Shown here: positions 60,783 through 64,000 of the stretch, in pieces
Layout: each line of letters starts with the position of its first letter
How positions within the stretch are numbered: the first letter of the stretch is position 1
Assembly (NCBI GenBank): GCA_965262915.1
Contig: OZ253564.1
Coordinates: 3,328,001-3,392,000 of the forward strand
Source: Candidatus Spongiisociaceae bacterium
GTDB taxonomy: Bacteria > Actinomycetota > Acidimicrobiia > Spongiisociales > Spongiisociaceae
Reading direction: 5' to 3'
DNA length: 64,000 bases
Made by a program: the position numbers and the translations under genes
Notes under the pieces: model-generated
What the model was told of the DNA's origin: nothing
The model's database searches: none
Seen by the model: the letters and a program-made list of their open reading frames with translations, nothing else

Positions 60783-60880
60783 AAACCGAATCCTGCGGGG
60801 TTCGCCGGTTGGCGAACTACCTGGTCTGAGAGCGTCGGCTACCGTGCGAAGCCCTTTGTACGGGGTTTTTCAGCAGCCTC
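60772..60880. mobile_element. 109-bp MITE-family element
   Basis: CCGG on both sides; IR GAGGGTGCTGAAAA / TTTTCAGCAGCCTC. Confidence 0.82.
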
Positions 60881-61136
60881 CCGGAACACCGGTGAACCGG
60901 ACGTCGCGAGGAGGGCGCATTGCCGCTCGAGGCTGTCAACGTTGGCGAGGGAATCGCGCCGCGCGTCGACACCTACCTACGGCTATGGCACACTATTCCC
61001 CGTTCCACCGCCTATCCGCACCCTCTTATTGCGATGTTTTGCAGTTACATCTCGCCGTGGCGGTCGGTGCAGTGTTCGTGTGGCTCGGATTCGGGGATGC
61101 CGATCAGGTCCGGATCAGGACGGGGCCCCACACATG

Positions 61137-61646
61137 TCAACCGGAGTGATCGGCCCCCTTGCCGCTGCGGGAAACATGGGGGTAGGGATGATCGGATGCG
61201 GGCTCGCAATCCATGCAGGAACCGAGAAACGCGAAGTGATGGGGATTGGGTCGGAAGCCGTACTTGGTACGCAGCAGATCGTAGAGGGCGGAGAAGTCCG
61301 ATTTGGGTACTTCGATGGTCTTGCGGCAGGTCTCGCACACGAGGTGCTCATGATCGTGGTTGATCGTCAGGTGCCACATTCCGGCCTGACCGATACCGAG
61401 GTGAATGAGATGAACGAGCCCGATACGGGTCAGTTCGTCGAGGGTGCGGTACACGGTCGAGGCGTCGACGTGGCCGGCGGTCCTCGCCACACGATCCACG
61501 ATCATGGAGGCGCTCAGGAACGACTCCTCGCTCTCGGCCAGGACACGGCAGATCGCCCGCCTCGGAAGCGTGAGACGCAATCCGGCCCCGTGGATACGCT
61601 CCGTCAGGAACTCTTCGGAAATCATGTGCTTGGCCATCCCGCCCAA
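61137..61646 (-). CDS. Fur family transcriptional regulator
   Basis: GLRLT.PRRAI, STVYRTL..L..IGLV, HEHLVCETC, C-terminal CxxC. Confidence 0.92.
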   Translation of the reverse strand: MGGMAKHMISEEFLTERIHGAGLRLTLPRRAICRVLAESEESFLSASMIVDRVARTAGHVDASTVYRTLDELTRIGLVHLIHLGIGQAGMWHLTINHDHEHLVCETCRKTIEVPKSDFSALYDLLRTKYGFRPNPHHFAFLGSCMDCEPASDHPYPHVSRSGKGADHSG

Positions 61647-61760
61647 TGCTACTTCTCGGGTGCCTTAGTCGCGCACGGGTAGACCTGGACGATGTACCGA
61701 TGGATGCCGGGGAGCACGTGCTCGATTGCATGTTCGACGATCATCGGCGAGCAATGGTTC

Positions 61761-61990
61761 ATGGCGGAGTTCCGTCACTATCGGGCATTCGTGGAGATCG
61801 CCGTCCGGGGCAGCTTCACCGCTGGTGCGCAGGCGCCCCACGTCACCCAATCCACGATCAGCGAGCAGACCGCCGGCCTCGAGAAGGAACTGGGCACCCG
61901 CCTCTTCGATCGGGGCAGGCACGGGGCCCGCCTCACCAAGTCAGGGCAACGGCTGCTCGAACCCGCCCAGCAACTGCTCCGGATGGCCGC
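61761..61990 (+). pseudogene. LysR regulator HTH fragment
   Basis: F..IA..GSFT..A...HVTQSTISEQ...LEKELG.RLFDR..LT..G; no effector domain. Confidence 0.85.
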
Positions 61991-62230
61991 TTCGGATGTG
62001 CAGGCCGAGACCACCACGTCGAATCCGTCCCTTTCGGCATCCACCACCGCGCCGAAGAAATCGTCCCGCCACAGCTCTGCTTCCGTGACGAAGGGGGTAG
62101 CGGGCAGACCGGGTAGATGGCGTACCGCGATCTCGGTGTACGGCCCTGCGGCAGGCGTGAGAACTTCGATGGTCCACTCGTTATACATATCGGTGCCCAT
62201 CGGGTGTACGAACAGGATTCGGGCCGACAT
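61985..62230 (-). pseudogene. Asp/Glu/hydantoin racemase family N-terminal fragment
   Basis: RILFVHP.GT..AERDGFDVVVSAC.S; GAGG RBS; truncated by the LysR fragment. Confidence 0.75.
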
Positions 62231-62957
62231 TTCACTCCTCGATGTCGGACGCCGATCCGAGCTCAGGGGAGCTCCGGATAGCGAAGATTGCGGCGTGCTT
62301 TCGCTCCGCGACATGTGTCTGCCTCCAGCCGCGGGAGCGCCGGTCGACTGCGCTGCATCCTCCCTGAACCGGGCGTCTCCGGCACTTCTGCTCTGCCGTC
62401 GGCATCGATGCCGCGCCTCAAACGGTCTATTCGATACAGGCCAACACCCTCAACTGCCTTGCAGACGCGAAACGCCACAGGGATGTGGACAGGGCTCGAA
62501 GCAGGCCCCGATCAGTCAGGTGCTCCGCGCCCCGAACTTCGATCTGGTGGCCGAGGATCTCTTGGATCCGCCTGGGGCAGGACCCTTTGGAGGCGGCTTC
62601 AGGAGCGTCCAATGCTTGGAGGAACTGTATCCCCCCGGTTCCCCTCGCGCCATGCTCCTACGACCCTGGGATGCCTTCTTCGCCATATTCAGTCTCCTAA
62701 CATCAGTATCGTTTCGACATGTTCAAGATACTTCATATGATTTCAAGGTATTCAATCTCCTCCCATCTTAGCAACAGCCCACCCTCTCCATGGATGGGCT
62801 GTCCATGTTCATTCAGAACGAACTCACCCGTATCCTCATCCAGTTCGACTGCTATGGCCAGGAAGAGATCCTGTGGCTCAGGGTATCCGGCAGCATAGGA
62901 ACGGCGACCATACGCGTCAGCGTATGCCCCTCCTACCCCCGGCGATGTGACGGGCGG

Positions 62958-63701
62958 TCAGGGTCCGCCTGTGACGTACAGGACCTGGCCGGTGATGTAG
63001 CTGCTGGCGGGACCGACCAGGAAGTCCACCACCGACGCCACTTCCTCGGGGCGACCGATCCGCCCGAGCGCAGACTCGGCCGCCGCGGCGCCCGCGAAGT
63101 CCTCCCAGCGGAGGCCGTGCTGCTCGGCGTGGGTTCGGGTCATGCGGGTGTCGATGAAGCCGGGGGCGACGGCATTGACCCGGATGCCCTCCGGACCGAG
63201 TTCGAGGGCGAGGGAACGGGTCAGGCCGATGATTCCCGCCTTGGCGGCGCCGTAGTTGGCGTTTCCGGCTATTCCCCGGGCGGCGATCGAAGAGGTGAGG
63301 ACCACGCTCGCGGCCGGGGATTCCCGCAATCCGGGTAGCGACGCCTTGACCAGAGCGAACGACCCGGTCAGGTGGGCTTCGAGGACCGACGACCAGGACG
63401 CCACTGTCATGTCCGCCAAGCGGGTTCCCTCGATATGACCGGCTGCGGCCACTACGGCGTCGAGACCTCCCAGCACCGACACCAGGCTGTCCACAGTGTC
63501 CCGGACCGCCTCGACATCGGTCACATCGACGATCCCGACCTCGGCGGAAACACCCATGCGGTCCAGTTCAGCCGCTACCTCGACAGCCGGCGCCCGGTCC
63601 CGATCGATCACCCCGATCCCCCGGAAGGTCCTGCCGAGGGTGCGGCACACCGCCGCCCCTATCCCCCGCCCTCCCCCGGACACGATCGCCACCTTGCTCA
63701 C
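62958..63701 (-). CDS. SDR family oxidoreductase (FabG-like)
   Basis: SGGGRGIG, NYGAAKAG, GIRVNAVAPGFIDT, YITGQVLYV.GG. Confidence 0.92.
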   Translation of the reverse strand: MSKVAIVSGGGRGIGAAVCRTLGRTFRGIGVIDRDRAPAVEVAAELDRMGVSAEVGIVDVTDVEAVRDTVDSLVSVLGGLDAVVAAAGHIEGTRLADMTVASWSSVLEAHLTGSFALVKASLPGLRESPAASVVLTSSIAARGIAGNANYGAAKAGIIGLTRSLALELGPEGIRVNAVAPGFIDTRMTRTHAEQHGLRWEDFAGAAAAESALGRIGRPEEVASVVDFLVGPASSYITGQVLYVTGGP

Positions 63702-64000
63702 TTCAGAGACCACCCGCCGTCCACCACCAGCGTCCGGCCCGCTATCCACCGGGCTCTGCCCGAAGCGACAAACACGATCGCATCGACCACGTCGTCCACC
63801 GTGCCATGGCCGAGCGGCATCGGCACGTCGGGCTGCTCGGGCGGCGTTCCGTACAGGTTGGTGGGCGCCGGTCCCGCGGCCACCGCGTTGACCCGGATCC
63901 CGAGAGGAGCCAGTTCGCGGGCGGCAGATCTGGTCATCCACCCTCCCTCCGTTGTAGTGGCGCGAGCTACCGGGAGGGTACCGAACAACGGCGATCCCAC
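63698..64000 (-). CDS. SDR oxidoreductase C-terminal part (cut by window edge; possibly degraded)
   Basis: TRSAARELAPLGIRVNAVA.G..DDVVDAIVF..VVDGG; the YxxxK motif is not in frame upstream. Confidence 0.7.
   Translation of the reverse strand: MGSPLFGTLPVARATTTEGGWMTRSAARELAPLGIRVNAVAAGPAPTNLYGTPPEQPDVPMPLGHGTVDDVVDAIVFVASGRARWIAGRTLVVDGGWSLK

Noticed and set aside
62231-62957. ORF extensions and an AT-richer patch
   Set aside because: Translations lack motifs; the long 61692-62771 ORF is read-through from the LysR fragment.
1-64000. tRNA, rRNA, integrase or prophage genes
   Set aside because: None recognised by eye; a covariance-model scan would be needed to exclude small RNAs.

Overview
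High-GC window, most consistent with an actinobacterium. The FN3/cadherin/SLH/LRR surface protein and PPOX F420-type genes suggest an Acidimicrobiia-like, possibly host-associated lineage; this is inference. In order, it holds: the 3' part of a type I RM locus (hsdS, hsdR, M48 peptidase) interrupted by an IS1182-type element and a stack of miniature inverted-repeat elements; several toxin-antitoxin modules, many broken or orphaned; two membrane proteins sharing four copies of an unrecognised helical domain, one fused to a degenerate PLD domain; a ~2400-aa surface protein; several catabolic clusters (M20 hydrolases, SDRs, aminotransferase, RraA, YihU-like reductase, FGE, OYE, Tm-1-like pair, E1alpha/E1beta with a free lipoyl domain); an IS630; and a stand-alone T4 Rnl1-type RNA ligase. 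The most striking unexplained structure is a dispersed family of about eight ~99-bp elements with IS1182-like ends, sequence-divergent but pairing-conserved internal stems and a shared loop motif. The window also carries about 15 frameshifts, nonsense codons and deletion-fusion scars. All family calls come from motifs recognised by eye; no database search was run.
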